Assembly (NCBI GenBank): GCA_964416765.1
Contig: CAYQEU010000001.1
Coordinates: 617,208 to 681,207, forward strand
DNA: 64,000 nt
Origin: an uncultured Candidatus Saccharibacteria bacterium
GTDB lineage: Bacteria > Patescibacteriota > Doudnabacteria > UBA920
Direction: 5' to 3'
Translations under genes and position numbers: made by a program
Notes under the pieces: generated by a model
Database searches by the model: none
Seen by the model: only the letters and a program-made list of their open reading frames with translations
Told to the model about the DNA's origin: nothing
In this document: piece after piece, positions 54,395 to 64,000 of the stretch
Numbering within the stretch: position 1 is the first letter of the stretch
Layout of the letters: each line of letters begins with the position of its first letter

Positions 54395-55656
54395 AATAAA
54401 GCTGGCTGTGCCGGCTTTTTTCGTAGCTTCTCCTTTTCCTTGCTGGAATAGATTTGGATTTTGCCAAATACTCCGTCATAACCCGGTTCGATATTCACTT
54501 TGCCTTGGCGAACTCTCATAATGCTTTCCGCCAGGTTCGCTCCAACCAGATTCGCTAACTCAGGCAAGGGCAAATCGAGAAGTATGGGAAACTCAGGAAC
54601 CTGGGTGACATATTTTTCATATTGTTCACTCACCTTTTTGCTGGTTACTCCTACATCTAAAGTTTCCGCAATTATTTCCTCTAGTGGGATCACGCTCTTA
54701 AAGGGGATCGCACCTGCTGGCTTGTCACCGGATTCCCTCCCTGCCAAGTCATCTACTCGGCTCAGTACCCCGCGTAATAGTTTCTTTCCGCAGACCGGGC
54801 AAATGCCACTAAAATTTCTGGTTTCTTCCGGAGTGCAACTGAAGCCATGGTCCCGGTGGCCATCCAAATGGTACTTTCCCTCTTCCGGGAAGAATTCTAT
54901 GGTATACAAAAATTTTGCATTGTTGCGCTCCCTGATGGCACCAATAACCCCGTCATAGCTAAATTCTTGTTCGGACAATTCAAACACGTTAGCCTCGCGT
55001 CCAATTTTCTTGAGCGAGTGGGCGTCTGAATTGGAGATCAGGCTAATAGCATCCAAATCCCGCACCCGCCAGTTCATGGCCGGGTCGCTCGACAACCCGG
55101 TTTCCACGGCAAAGATATGCTTGACCTGGTCACCAAACGCTTCCTGTAATGAATCAAACCCGGACATGGAACCGAACACGCCAAAATGCGGCGTCCAAGC
55201 ATGCGCGGGCACAAGCTCCATCCGCTCGTCCGCTTCCTTGCATAATTTCATGAGCTCAGGAGCAGGCACTCCCATAATCGGGCGGCCATCTGACTTCAAG
55301 TTGGCACCCCGAGCTTCCAGGAGGCCGACCAGTTTTTCAGCCGCCACAAAGTTGGGCGCGAATACCAAATTATGGATGCGGCGCACTTTGTCCCCTTGTT
55401 TATATATAGAAGCAAGCTCAACAGTGAGCATAAACCGGGCGGCGGCGGCCCCGTTTTTCAGTTTGTACAAACCTGGTTGGTCTTCCGTCAGTGCTTCCTT
55501 AAGATCGCGGCGCCACCCCGGATGGGTAAAATCGCCACTCCCGATAACCTGGATCCCTTTTTTATCGGCCCAGGCCGCGATATTTTCTGGCACTAAATCC
55601 CGACTGCAGGCGCGGGCATATTTGGAATGGATATGTAAATCAGCAATGACCCTCAT
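54391..55656 (-). CDS. Endonuclease Q (EndoQ)-like PHP-related nuclease with C-terminal zinc ribbon
   Basis: IADLHIHSKYARACS, VIGSGDFTHPGW, PAHAWTPHFG, SNSDAHS, GKYHLDGH, CPVCGKK align block by block with the archaeal EndoQ motifs. Confidence 0.75.
   Translation of the reverse strand: MRVIADLHIHSKYARACSRDLVPENIAAWADKKGIQVIGSGDFTHPGWRRDLKEALTEDQPGLYKLKNGAAAARFMLTVELASIYKQGDKVRRIHNLVFAPNFVAAEKLVGLLEARGANLKSDGRPIMGVPAPELMKLCKEADERMELVPAHAWTPHFGVFGSMSGFDSLQEAFGDQVKHIFAVETGLSSDPAMNWRVRDLDAISLISNSDAHSLKKIGREANVFELSEQEFSYDGVIGAIRERNNAKFLYTIEFFPEEGKYHLDGHRDHGFSCTPEETRNFSGICPVCGKKLLRGVLSRVDDLAGRESGDKPAGAIPFKSVIPLEEIIAETLDVGVTSKKVSEQYEKYVTQVPEFPILLDLPLPELANLVGANLAESIMRVRQGKVNIEPGYDGVFGKIQIYSSKEKEKLRKKPAQPALF
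54401..54421. terminator. Hairpin terminator between convergent genes
   Basis: gctggc-tgtg-gccggc (one G-U pair) followed by tttttt. Confidence 0.55.
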
Positions 55657-56213
55657 TAGACCTCGTATATAAAGAAAGCATGCTGGGCGTAAGTGTTGAT
55701 GCGTTTAACTAACTTCAGCGACTCTATCCGAAAATCCCTTGAGATAACCCTAGTCCCAGGTTTACAGCTGGATTTAATTTTTTCACCAACATTGGTCATA
55801 AGGAAAGGGTAGAGATAAGTGTAAACCACAGTAGCGTCGCTCAGGTCAGCATCAAAAAAATTTCCCCATACCACCTCGATGTTTGAGTGGGTCAAAATTT
55901 TTCTGATCCAGGCAAAAGCACAAGCCCACAATGCTACCTCGTAGCCACGTCCACGGCAGCCCACAATTTTTTCGGTGGCAAACAGGACCTGGCCGGTGCT
56001 GCACCCGAGGTCGATAAGCGTATCGTCGCTCCGGAGAAGCCCCTCTTCAGCCATCCGCCGGATATCCCGCGCCGCGGTGGGCAGCTGGGGAACCTTAGTC
56101 CGCACAAACCCAATAAAAGAAGAAACTGTAACAAACAGGATTACCAAACTGGCGATTGCGAAGAAGCCCAGGAATATTGTTAGTACAGCCATAGTGACTA
56201 TAGTATAATACAA
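55656..56213 (-). CDS. Class I SAM-dependent methyltransferase with N-terminal TM anchor
   Basis: Motif I LIDLGCSTGQV. N-terminal TM helices. Confidence 0.65.
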   Translation of the reverse strand: MYYTIVTMAVLTIFLGFFAIASLVILFVTVSSFIGFVRTKVPQLPTAARDIRRMAEEGLLRSDDTLIDLGCSTGQVLFATEKIVGCRGRGYEVALWACAFAWIRKILTHSNIEVVWGNFFDADLSDATVVYTYLYPFLMTNVGEKIKSSCKPGTRVISRDFRIESLKLVKRINTYAQHAFFIYEV

Positions 56214-56215
56214 TT

Positions 56216-56989
56216 ATGGACAAAAAACTTATTACCACGGCTGTTAAGGCCGGCAAAAAAGCGAGTGAGATTTTAGCGAAAGGTTTCGGAAAAGAAGTTG
56301 CCTACATATATAAAGAGTCGGGCATCAACGGAGATGTAGTGACTAAATACGACTTAGCCGCCCAGAAAGCAATTCTTAAAATTATCACCGACGAGTTCCC
56401 TGACCATTCCCTGTTGGCTGAGGAAGGGATGAACCGGGTAACCACTTCTCCTTACCAATGGATTATTGACCCGCTTGATGGCACCGGAAACTTCAGCCGT
56501 GGTATCGCGCACTTTTCCAGCTCGATTGGTTTGGCATACAAAAACAAACTAATTTTAGGAGTTATCGCTGTTCCGGCCATGAATGAACTGTTTGTCGCCG
56601 CCAAAGGACAGGGAGCTTACCGCAACAACAAGCGCATTCATGTAAGTAAAGCGAATGACCTGCGCAAATCCATGGTAACTGTCTGCTTTATCCGTTCCGG
56701 TGAAGGTTCCCAAAAAGGGCTAAAAACCTTTACTAAACTGGTACAGGCCCCAACCAAAGTTAGGGTGACGGGAAGTGTGGCCACGGACTTAGCCCGGCTG
56801 GCCATGGGCGCCAACGACGCAGTTGTATTTAACCACATGAACCCCTGGGATATCGCCGCGGGTACGGTGTTGGTCCAGGAAGCTGGCGGCAAAGTATCAG
56901 GAATAGGTGGCAAGCCATTCTCCTTCGACAACAAACAAATGGTTGCCTCGAATAAAGGGCTGCACAATAAACTGCTGAAGCTCATATAA
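56216..56989 (+). CDS. Inositol monophosphatase family (SuhB/IMPase-like) phosphatase
   Basis: EEG...WIIDPLDGTGNF and WDIAAG motifs. Confidence 0.85.
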   Translation: MDKKLITTAVKAGKKASEILAKGFGKEVAYIYKESGINGDVVTKYDLAAQKAILKIITDEFPDHSLLAEEGMNRVTTSPYQWIIDPLDGTGNFSRGIAHFSSSIGLAYKNKLILGVIAVPAMNELFVAAKGQGAYRNNKRIHVSKANDLRKSMVTVCFIRSGEGSQKGLKTFTKLVQAPTKVRVTGSVATDLARLAMGANDAVVFNHMNPWDIAAGTVLVQEAGGKVSGIGGKPFSFDNKQMVASNKGLHNKLLKLI

Positions 56990-57000
56990 TCAATCCAATT

Positions 57001-57036
57001 AAAAGAACGGTCTACCATAGGGTAAACCGTTCTTTC
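57001..57036. terminator. Bidirectional hairpin between convergent IMPase and PfkB genes
   Basis: agaacggt ... accgttct (8-bp stem, 14-nt loop) then ttcgtttt. Confidence 0.5.
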
Positions 57037-57044
57037 GTTTTGTG

Positions 57045-58076
57045 TTACTGAAGGACTTCAGCAACCTGTTCATAGGTAGGCATCCCGCCGTAACCGCCGA
57101 ACCCCTCAATATTCCGCGCGGCGACGAACGCTCCCACTTTAAGGGATTTAGCCGTGGAATGTCCTTGCCGTAAGGCATAGACGAACCCGACCGCGAAAGC
57201 ATCGCCTGCCCCGTCGTTGTCGACAGGGTCGGCTGTGAACGCTTTCTGTTCGTGGCGTTTGAGGTTTCCGCTCGAAGAGCTGAGGCGTCCGAGGTAAGCC
57301 CCGTTCTCCGCCAAGGTAATGATTACCTTTTTGGGACCGAGGGCGAGAATTTTGTGCGCCATCTTGTCCAAATCCCCGTCCACGCAGTTCGAGAGAACTT
57401 GCGCTTCATCAAAGTTGACTTGGATGATGTTGGTCAACTTGAGCATCGTTGCGATGCTCGTCTCTTCTGCCTGGCAGCAGACCGACTGGTTGGGGATGAG
57501 CATATTGTCGTTCTGGGCGGTGAACAGGCGAATCATCAGTTCGACTTCCGAACTTCTGACGCCTGTTGCCAAAACGAAGTCAAAGGTTTTCCCCCGAAGC
57601 TGTTCGATAGCGTGACGCATCGACAGGACATAAGGGGGCTTAAAGTTAAACAGCGTCGTTACACCGCTGTCTTCCACGCACGACAGCGTTATCGGCGTGC
57701 CTTTTCCTCTCGGAATTGCCAACAAGGGAATCCCCTCGTTTTTGAGGCTGTCCTCAAGCTGTTCCGAAAAGAAGTCGTTTCCGAGCGTTCCCATGATGCC
57801 GGGATTCATTCCCAGCTTCTTGAGCCCGTGAACTACGTTATACGAAGACCCCGCCGACTGGGGGAAAACTCCCTCAGACATGTCGACGAGCAAGTCGTCC
57901 GTATAATCGTCAATATGCACAACGCACTGTCTCCCATCATGATGGGGAGCAAGGTGTTGTACTTCCACTTTCCGCCCCCGAAACTTCTCGGGGATTTTAC
58001 CTGCGTCAACCCGCGTCATTAAAGACGCCGCCAGCGACGATGCCGCCAGCACATCAAAATGGTTGTTTGGTGCCAT
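57045..58076 (-). CDS. PfkB-family carbohydrate kinase (start uncertain; possible internal start)
   Basis: GG motif SYNVVHGLKKLG. C-terminal DPVDNDGAGDAF anion-hole/catalytic motif. Confidence 0.75.
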   Translation of the reverse strand: MAPNNHFDVLAASSLAASLMTRVDAGKIPEKFRGRKVEVQHLAPHHDGRQCVVHIDDYTDDLLVDMSEGVFPQSAGSSYNVVHGLKKLGMNPGIMGTLGNDFFSEQLEDSLKNEGIPLLAIPRGKGTPITLSCVEDSGVTTLFNFKPPYVLSMRHAIEQLRGKTFDFVLATGVRSSEVELMIRLFTAQNDNMLIPNQSVCCQAEETSIATMLKLTNIIQVNFDEAQVLSNCVDGDLDKMAHKILALGPKKVIITLAENGAYLGRLSSSSGNLKRHEQKAFTADPVDNDGAGDAFAVGFVYALRQGHSTAKSLKVGAFVAARNIEGFGGYGGMPTYEQVAEVLQ

Positions 58077-58151
58077 ACTAAAACTAAGTCCTCCTGCTAA
58101 AACTGAAAATTGCCAACTGCTCTGTAAAAAAACAAGTCCATAATGGACTTG

Positions 58152-58934
58152 TTATTCTACCATCTTTTTGAGGTTTTGTCCAGCCCTTTTCACCCACCCC
58201 ACTAACTCATGGGCACGGGCTAAATGCTCTTTAGTATTGATCCCGAAGACTTCTTCAGGGGTAATTTCCAGGGAATAAATATCTTCTCCGGTCCGCATGG
58301 CTACCTCAATAATATCCGTCAGATAGTACTCGTGCTGGGCGTTATTGTTCGTGATCGCGGTCATGTGCTGCCACAGCCACTCGGTATTAAACATATAAAT
58401 GCCGGGGTTTACTTCCCGGATTTTTTGCTCTTCAGGGAGTGCGTCTTTAAATTCGGTAATTTTTACAATATCACCGGACTCACTGCGGATAATTCGGCCG
58501 TAGTGCTGCATTGCTTCATATGGCCCTTCAAATGACGGCACTTTCGTGGTAAACATGGAGAGTTTGGCGTGGGTGGAACTGTGCAGGTCAATGAGGCGCT
58601 GAATGCTGTCCGCTTTGATCATCGGCATGTCGCCATATAACACGATAATATCAGTTCCAGTAATCGCCGGTTTAGCGCACTGCAAAGCATGAGCACTTCC
58701 CAGCTGTTCCTCCTGGATCGCATACCGGTAGTCCAACCCGGCCACCTCCCGCACCTTTTCCTGCTTGTAGCCCACTACTAAAACAGTCGGCTCCAAGCCG
58801 CGCAATTTCCTGGTCTCTTCCAACAAATAACTAATTACCGGTTTTTCGTGTAAAGGGGCTAATACCTTGGGGATTTCCATTTCGCCCATTCTAGTACCCT
58901 TGCCGGCAGCCAATATAACAATCTGGGTTTTCAT
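58152..58934 (-). CDS. GlmU-N-terminal-like sugar-1-phosphate nucleotidyltransferase (no acetyltransferase domain)
   Basis: IVILAAGKGTRM...PKVL signature identical in style to the GlmU/RmlA NTP-transferase loop. 260 aa. Confidence 0.75.
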   Translation of the reverse strand: MKTQIVILAAGKGTRMGEMEIPKVLAPLHEKPVISYLLEETRKLRGLEPTVLVVGYKQEKVREVAGLDYRYAIQEEQLGSAHALQCAKPAITGTDIIVLYGDMPMIKADSIQRLIDLHSSTHAKLSMFTTKVPSFEGPYEAMQHYGRIIRSESGDIVKITEFKDALPEEQKIREVNPGIYMFNTEWLWQHMTAITNNNAQHEYYLTDIIEVAMRTGEDIYSLEITPEEVFGINTKEHLARAHELVGWVKRAGQNLKKMVE

Positions 58935-58989
58935 ACTAGAGGAATTATACTATTTCTCGCAAAAAAAGAAAGCTGGAATAAGACGGGTC

Positions 58990-59931
58990 TCATTCCAGCA
59001 ATTCTTGGATAACGCGAGCCAAACGACCGGGGTCGTGGCGCGCAAATGAAGATTTCGGGGCAACGAGCTGCCTCGTGATAACGTGGCGCCTATTCCATAC
59101 GGTCGGCAGGTCTATCTTGACCGCGCTGGAATGCTCTTCCACGTATTTCTGCTGCAATTCGGCGGGGATGCCGCGGTTGCAGACGACTATATCAACCCGC
59201 CGCCTTATCTGTTGCTCCAGCTCCTTTACGAAGTCGCTGGAGCGCCAGTAGGGCGTTTCTTTGGGGTGGGTCGTGACGTTGACCACGAACGCCAGGTTTT
59301 TACCAACCAGGGCTTCCGTCATCCCCTCCACTTGCAAGCAAGCAATGAGGGAAGTATAAAAGCTGCCCGGTCCGATAACTATCAGGTCGGCTTCCTCGAT
59401 AGCCGCGCGAGCTTCCGGCAAAATCTGACAAGCGGGCTGTAGATAAACTCCGAGAAGTTTTTCTTTGTCCCAGTCCTTCACCTTTTGGGCATAGAACCAT
59501 TCTTCGATATTGCCTTCACCTTCAATTATGCGCCGGTTCGTTTCGGCACAAAGATTCGCGTCGTCGAGGGACGCCGGTAGCACGCTGCCCGAACACTGGA
59601 GGTACTCCTCCATGTCGCGGACTGCGTTCAGAAAGCCGTTCCGTTTGGCTCGCGCGGTCAAAATATCGTGACCGGGAACGCTGCCGTCAGGAAAACGGTA
59701 GTATAGGAGTTTTTCGGCAAGCTCTGGCAGCGTCGAAAACGCCAGCAGGAGCTTCATAATGTCGCCCGGAGGCAACACCCCGGCTTCGTTGCGCAGAAAG
59801 CCGCTGAAACCACCGGAGTCAGCCATACCGACCACAGCGGTAACCTGGTGTCTTTTGGTGACACCAATCCGGCGTAACCCACGCGCGAGCGTGGACAACC
59901 CTGTGCCGCCACCAATAATGACTAGTTTCAT
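58990..59931 (-). CDS. YvcK/GlmR (UPF0052; CofD-like 2-phospho-L-lactate transferase superfamily) protein
   Basis: KLVIIGGGTGLSTLARGL N-terminal signature of the YvcK/CofD fold. 313 aa. Confidence 0.75.
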   Translation of the reverse strand: MKLVIIGGGTGLSTLARGLRRIGVTKRHQVTAVVGMADSGGFSGFLRNEAGVLPPGDIMKLLLAFSTLPELAEKLLYYRFPDGSVPGHDILTARAKRNGFLNAVRDMEEYLQCSGSVLPASLDDANLCAETNRRIIEGEGNIEEWFYAQKVKDWDKEKLLGVYLQPACQILPEARAAIEEADLIVIGPGSFYTSLIACLQVEGMTEALVGKNLAFVVNVTTHPKETPYWRSSDFVKELEQQIRRRVDIVVCNRGIPAELQQKYVEEHSSAVKIDLPTVWNRRHVITRQLVAPKSSFARHDPGRLARVIQELLE

Positions 59932-60010
59932 AACCCTCCACGGATGAAAGAAAGACGGTCCTGCATGATCGTCTTGCCATTGTTTAGCAACAGGTAGCGG
60001 ATTGCAGCCG

Positions 60011-60343
60011 CTAATTATCCTGTGCCCTGACTTCCTGAATGTAAGCCACCCGGTTGTTAACCATGGCGATTAAGCCTTCGTCATCGGCGGGAATTCCGAC
60101 GGGGAAGATGAGACCGCAATGGGCCCACTTCTCTTCATTGGAATCCGCCTGGCAAAACCACCACCGCACGCCGTGAATGTCTTCACGTTGGGACATGAAG
60201 TGGGTGCGTTTCAGCAGAAGACAACCCGGGCATATCTGCGTCGGGGAATCTTCCACCAAAAACGTCAGCTCAATGCAGAACGTGTGGTTGCGGTAGAGGA
60301 CGCGCTTCGTGAATTGGTCGAGCGATGTTGTTGGTACGCTCAT
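60011..60343 (-). CDS. Cys-rich small hypothetical protein, paralog of the upstream gene
   Basis: ICPGCLLL ... HCGLIFPVG. Parallels CPACCIG ... ACGFRYPGD in the adjacent ORF. 4-nt overlap with it. Confidence 0.45.
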   Translation of the reverse strand: MSVPTTSLDQFTKRVLYRNHTFCIELTFLVEDSPTQICPGCLLLKRTHFMSQREDIHGVRWWFCQADSNEEKWAHCGLIFPVGIPADDEGLIAMVNNRVAYIQEVRAQDN

Positions 60344-60660
60344 GCCGCCACCTCCTGCCGAAGCGAACTCAGGAAGGCGCGGTGAATTTTTGCGAGAGCC
60401 TCAATGCGAGGGTCGTCGCTTTCCCAGTCTCCCGGGTAGCGAAAACCGCAGGCTTCGGTCTCGTTGTAAACGAAGCCGCACTCATAGTAATACAGTTGGT
60501 GCGTTTCGTTGTAGATTAATTCCACATCGCCGTCGCGGCAATATGGTCCGATGCAGCACGCCGGGCAGTCGCGAAACTTGCCTTGACGCACCTCTTTACC
60601 GATGACAGGCTTTAACGCCCCATTCTCGAATAGTTTGGGGTCAAACTGATATTCCTGCAT
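60340..60660 (-). CDS. Cys-rich small hypothetical protein (start trimmed to MQEYQF, 20-nt overlap with the upstream pfkB stop)
   Basis: Track ORF 60340..60840 overlaps the PfkB gene. Internal ATG at 60660 gives a 106-aa protein with CPACCIGPYC and ECGF..ACGF motifs. Confidence 0.45.
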   Translation of the reverse strand: MQEYQFDPKLFENGALKPVIGKEVRQGKFRDCPACCIGPYCRDGDVELIYNETHQLYYYECGFVYNETEACGFRYPGDWESDDPRIEALAKIHRAFLSSLRQEVAA

Positions 60661-61591
60661 ACACTTTCTCCTCTGAAAAATTTCCCATTTCCGCGGCGGT
60701 AACAGTATTGCTACCACCGACCTTCGTGACGGCAATGCCAGCCACAAAGGATCCATATTGTGCCGCTTCCACAGCCGTATCTCCGAGGAGATATCGGACC
60801 AGGAAAGTAGCCAAGAACGCGTCACCGGCTCCTGTAGCATCTATTTCGTCACCGCTGATGCAGGCGGGTATTTCGTGGCGTTTGCCGTTTTTGTCCACAA
60901 GCAGCAAGCCTTCGCTGCCCTTGGTGACTATAACGACCCGTCCGCCGAATGCCCGGTGAAGCAGGCTGAACGCCTGTTCCGGGTCACCGCCGTCCACATA
61001 AGCTGAGAATTCCTTCTCGTTCATGCACAGGATATCGGTGTCCGCGAGGACATTCAAGAAAGCGTTTTTATCCGCTGTGAGTTCGGCTCTGGGGTTCAGA
61101 ACCTTAATCCCTCTGGCGTGGCGAAATGCCGTCACCACCAAAGGAGCCTCATCCACGGTAACGCCGGTCATGACGACCGCATTAAAATTGTCGCTTTCCA
61201 CCAATTCCTTAACTTTATCGTGAGGGAAAGCATTATACTTGCCCTTGCATGAGTCCAGTGTCCGGTTGTTGCCTTGCTCCGTTTCCTCAATTACCACGTG
61301 GGCAAATGAGGTTGCTTCGCGGCACTTTAATAGAACCACGCCATCGTAATCCAGTTCCGTGTTGTAAAAACGGTCCAAGATTAAGTCGCGCAGAGTCTTC
61401 GCCATAGGGTCGTCGCCGACGGTCAAAGCCAAGCGTATGTTCGCCCCAAGCTCCTTGGCCTGGAGGGCGAAGTTAACGCTTGTGCCACCGATGCCGTGAG
61501 TAACTCGTTCGAGTTGCCTTTTTTCTCGGGAAGAATCCCTCGTAAAGGCTGTGGTCTCCGGATTGCCGGAGAAGCCAATCAAAATCTTCAT
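60641..61591 (-). CDS. PfkB-family carbohydrate kinase
   Basis: GG motif (GGTSVNFALQAKELG) and C-terminal DATGAGDAF motif. Confidence 0.8.
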   Translation of the reverse strand: MKILIGFSGNPETTAFTRDSSREKRQLERVTHGIGGTSVNFALQAKELGANIRLALTVGDDPMAKTLRDLILDRFYNTELDYDGVVLLKCREATSFAHVVIEETEQGNNRTLDSCKGKYNAFPHDKVKELVESDNFNAVVMTGVTVDEAPLVVTAFRHARGIKVLNPRAELTADKNAFLNVLADTDILCMNEKEFSAYVDGGDPEQAFSLLHRAFGGRVVIVTKGSEGLLLVDKNGKRHEIPACISGDEIDATGAGDAFLATFLVRYLLGDTAVEAAQYGSFVAGIAVTKVGGSNTVTAAEMGNFSEEKVYAGISV

Positions 61592-61643
61592 AACATCTCT
61601 CCTCCCGAGATTTGAATTTGAAAAGAACTATATGTATTGCTGC

Positions 61644-61664
61644 TGAAGGGAACGCTTCCCTTCA
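61644..61664. promoter_or_regulatory. Perfect 9-3-9 palindrome (tgaagggaa-cgc-ttcccttca). Candidate TrmB-family operator upstream of the pfkB operon.
   Basis: Located in the 116-nt gap between the TrmB-family gene and the pfkB start. No T-run on either strand, so it is not a terminator. Confidence 0.35.
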
Positions 61665-61707
61665 TGGTTCCAGTGGCAATTGCTTGTCACCGGATTCATA
61701 AAGGGAA

Positions 61708-62478
61708 TTAGATTTTGTCCCAGAGCGCCCGGAACACCGTGGTTTGGGTTTCGTATACCCCCTGGTTGTCGATGACTACCCCAACCGGTTTCCCAAAATC
61801 GTCCAAGCTAATGTGGGCGACTTTGCCGCCGTAAAGCAAGTCGTATGTCGCACGGGTCTCTTTGTTTTCGGCGGAGAGCCACTTGCGCTCATCCAATCCC
61901 GCGGTATCGCCGCCCTTGCCTAAGGCAATAGTCTGGACCTTAATGCCCAGCTTTACCCGCTTCTTTGAAAAGTCGGGCATGGCTTCATGCACATCATCCC
62001 TGAGGCTCAGGGAAGAATAAACAAAGTAGTGTTTCTCATCAGCTGCCGACATTGTGGTAAGGACGTCTTCCAAAATCTGCCGAATTCCTTTCAGTCCTTC
62101 ATATAGCCGGACTTGAGGGCGCCCGCCTTCCCGTTCGAACATGCTTTTTAATTCCGGGAGATTGTCAGCAATCTCCTGCTGCAAGTACCCAAGCTCACGG
62201 CGTTTCTCGGCTAAGCCAGCAATCAGCTTTTCAGGGGACTCAGCGGTAAAATACTGATGAGTGTCGGTGTTGTAATAGCTAACCAAGCCCTGGTCCATGA
62301 GAGAACGAAGTATGTCGTAAGTGGTCCCGCGGTTTACTTTGGACTTTTGCGACAATGTGCGTACCGGGGAAGGGCCCAATTCAATTAAAGCGGTGTAGAC
62401 CGCTATTTCCTTGTCACTGAGTCCGTAATTTTTCAACAAGCTTTGGATTTGCATATATTTTTGCTGGGTTATTAGCAT
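61708..62478 (-). CDS. TrmB-family sugar-responsive transcriptional regulator
   Basis: N-terminal wHTH (IAVYTALIELGPSPVRTLSQKSKVNRGTTYDILRSLMDQGLV) plus TrmB C-domain. Confidence 0.75.
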   Translation of the reverse strand: MLITQQKYMQIQSLLKNYGLSDKEIAVYTALIELGPSPVRTLSQKSKVNRGTTYDILRSLMDQGLVSYYNTDTHQYFTAESPEKLIAGLAEKRRELGYLQQEIADNLPELKSMFEREGGRPQVRLYEGLKGIRQILEDVLTTMSAADEKHYFVYSSLSLRDDVHEAMPDFSKKRVKLGIKVQTIALGKGGDTAGLDERKWLSAENKETRATYDLLYGGKVAHISLDDFGKPVGVVIDNQGVYETQTTVFRALWDKI

Positions 62479-62603
62479 CCGTATGATACCTTTTTTGATA
62501 CCTTTTTGTCAATTTTTTTTCTACAGTTTTTGTATATAGTATAATAATCGCTTATATAAGAGGTAATTTAGTCATTTATTGTATAATAAATTTCTGCATA
62601 CGA

Positions 62604-62631
62604 AAAAACTCCCCGGTGAAGGAGAGTTTTT
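62604..62631 (-). terminator. Terminator downstream of 5S rRNA (minus strand)
   Basis: Minus-strand reading: aaaaactctcc-ttcacc-ggggagtttttt. Confidence 0.55.
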
Positions 62632-62638
62632 CCATAAA

Positions 62639-62751
62639 TGGGCGACTACCTACTTTTCCACCCGCATGCACGGGAGTATCATCGGCACAAGCACGTTTTA
62701 CTTCTGAGTTCGGGAAGGGATCAGGTAGGACCGCGCCGTAAATGCCACCCA
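62639..62751 (-). rRNA. rrf: 5S ribosomal RNA
   Basis: Reverse complement matches 5S conserved blocks (..TTACTTCTGAGTTCGG.AGGGATCAGGTAGGACCGCGCC..). Helix I closes with G-U pairs. Ends are approximate. Confidence 0.8.
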
Positions 62752-62977
62752 AATCTTACCGGGAATTACTTCCCCGCAAAATCCGGGCGACATTAAGTCA
62801 CTAGGGCTTAATGTAAGCTACTAAACCGTTGCTGAGGACAAAGAATACCGCGCCAAGCGCGAGTATCGACAGAGTCACGGCAACGATTGTTACACGTCGT
62901 TTTAACATTGTACAAGAACAAATTAGTTTTAAATAAAACTAGAAAAGATAATCCTAAAAGGAAAATCAAAACTTTCG

Positions 62978-64000
<1,023 letters not shown>

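Noticed and set aside
55010-55672. 220-aa plus-strand ORF antisense to the EndoQ-like gene, and 54500..54958
   Set aside because: The minus-strand product aligns block by block with EndoQ; the antisense frames have no motifs.

Overview
This 64-kb window is a bacterial chromosomal segment of roughly 50% GC. Core markers are a consensus-promoter infC-rpmI-rplT operon, dnaG-rpoD, tRNA-Asn(GTT), tRNA-Ser(GGA) and, at the right edge, a minus-strand 5S rRNA and the 3' end of 23S rRNA. About 75 protein-coding genes can be supported. Many encode small membrane, secreted or stress/detox-domain proteins, alongside giant cell-surface proteins and a type IV pilin. That content is compatible with a small-cell, surface-attached lineage such as Patescibacteria/Saccharibacteria, but the lineage call is inference only. 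The provided ORF track omits ORFs that run off the window, so it misses a 3-kb partial minus-strand gene at the left edge for a secreted LamG/FN3-repeat surface protein carrying a 2.3-kb intragenic duplication. It also misses several sub-60-aa sORFs and all RNA genes. The most unusual content:
- A cobalamin-riboswitch-like leader with an intrinsic terminator ends at the start codon of an unexplained operon. The operon encodes a 619-aa hyper-acidic disordered protein, a two-domain Clp/Hsp100-like AAA+ ATPase whose D1 P-loop is degenerate and which lacks N and M domains, a 100-aa protein, and a soluble TraG/VirD4-like coupling ATPase.
- An ECF sigma factor sits immediately upstream of a 1710-aa membrane protein. 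Its short cytoplasmic N-terminus plus transmembrane segment resemble an anti-sigma factor, and its exterior is a thioester-less alpha-2-macroglobulin-like MG-domain protein. This could be a protease-sensing sigma/anti-sigma pair.
- An HTH(XRE)-MurA fusion.
- An ApbE flavin-transferase module with an FMN-binding-domain protein and an NqrB/RnfD-like membrane domain fused to an FNR-like reductase.
- A TrmB-flanked sugar-kinase / GlmU-like nucleotidyltransferase / YvcK(CofD-like) cluster containing two tandem Cys-rich small paralogs.
No CRISPR array, integrase or transposase was seen.
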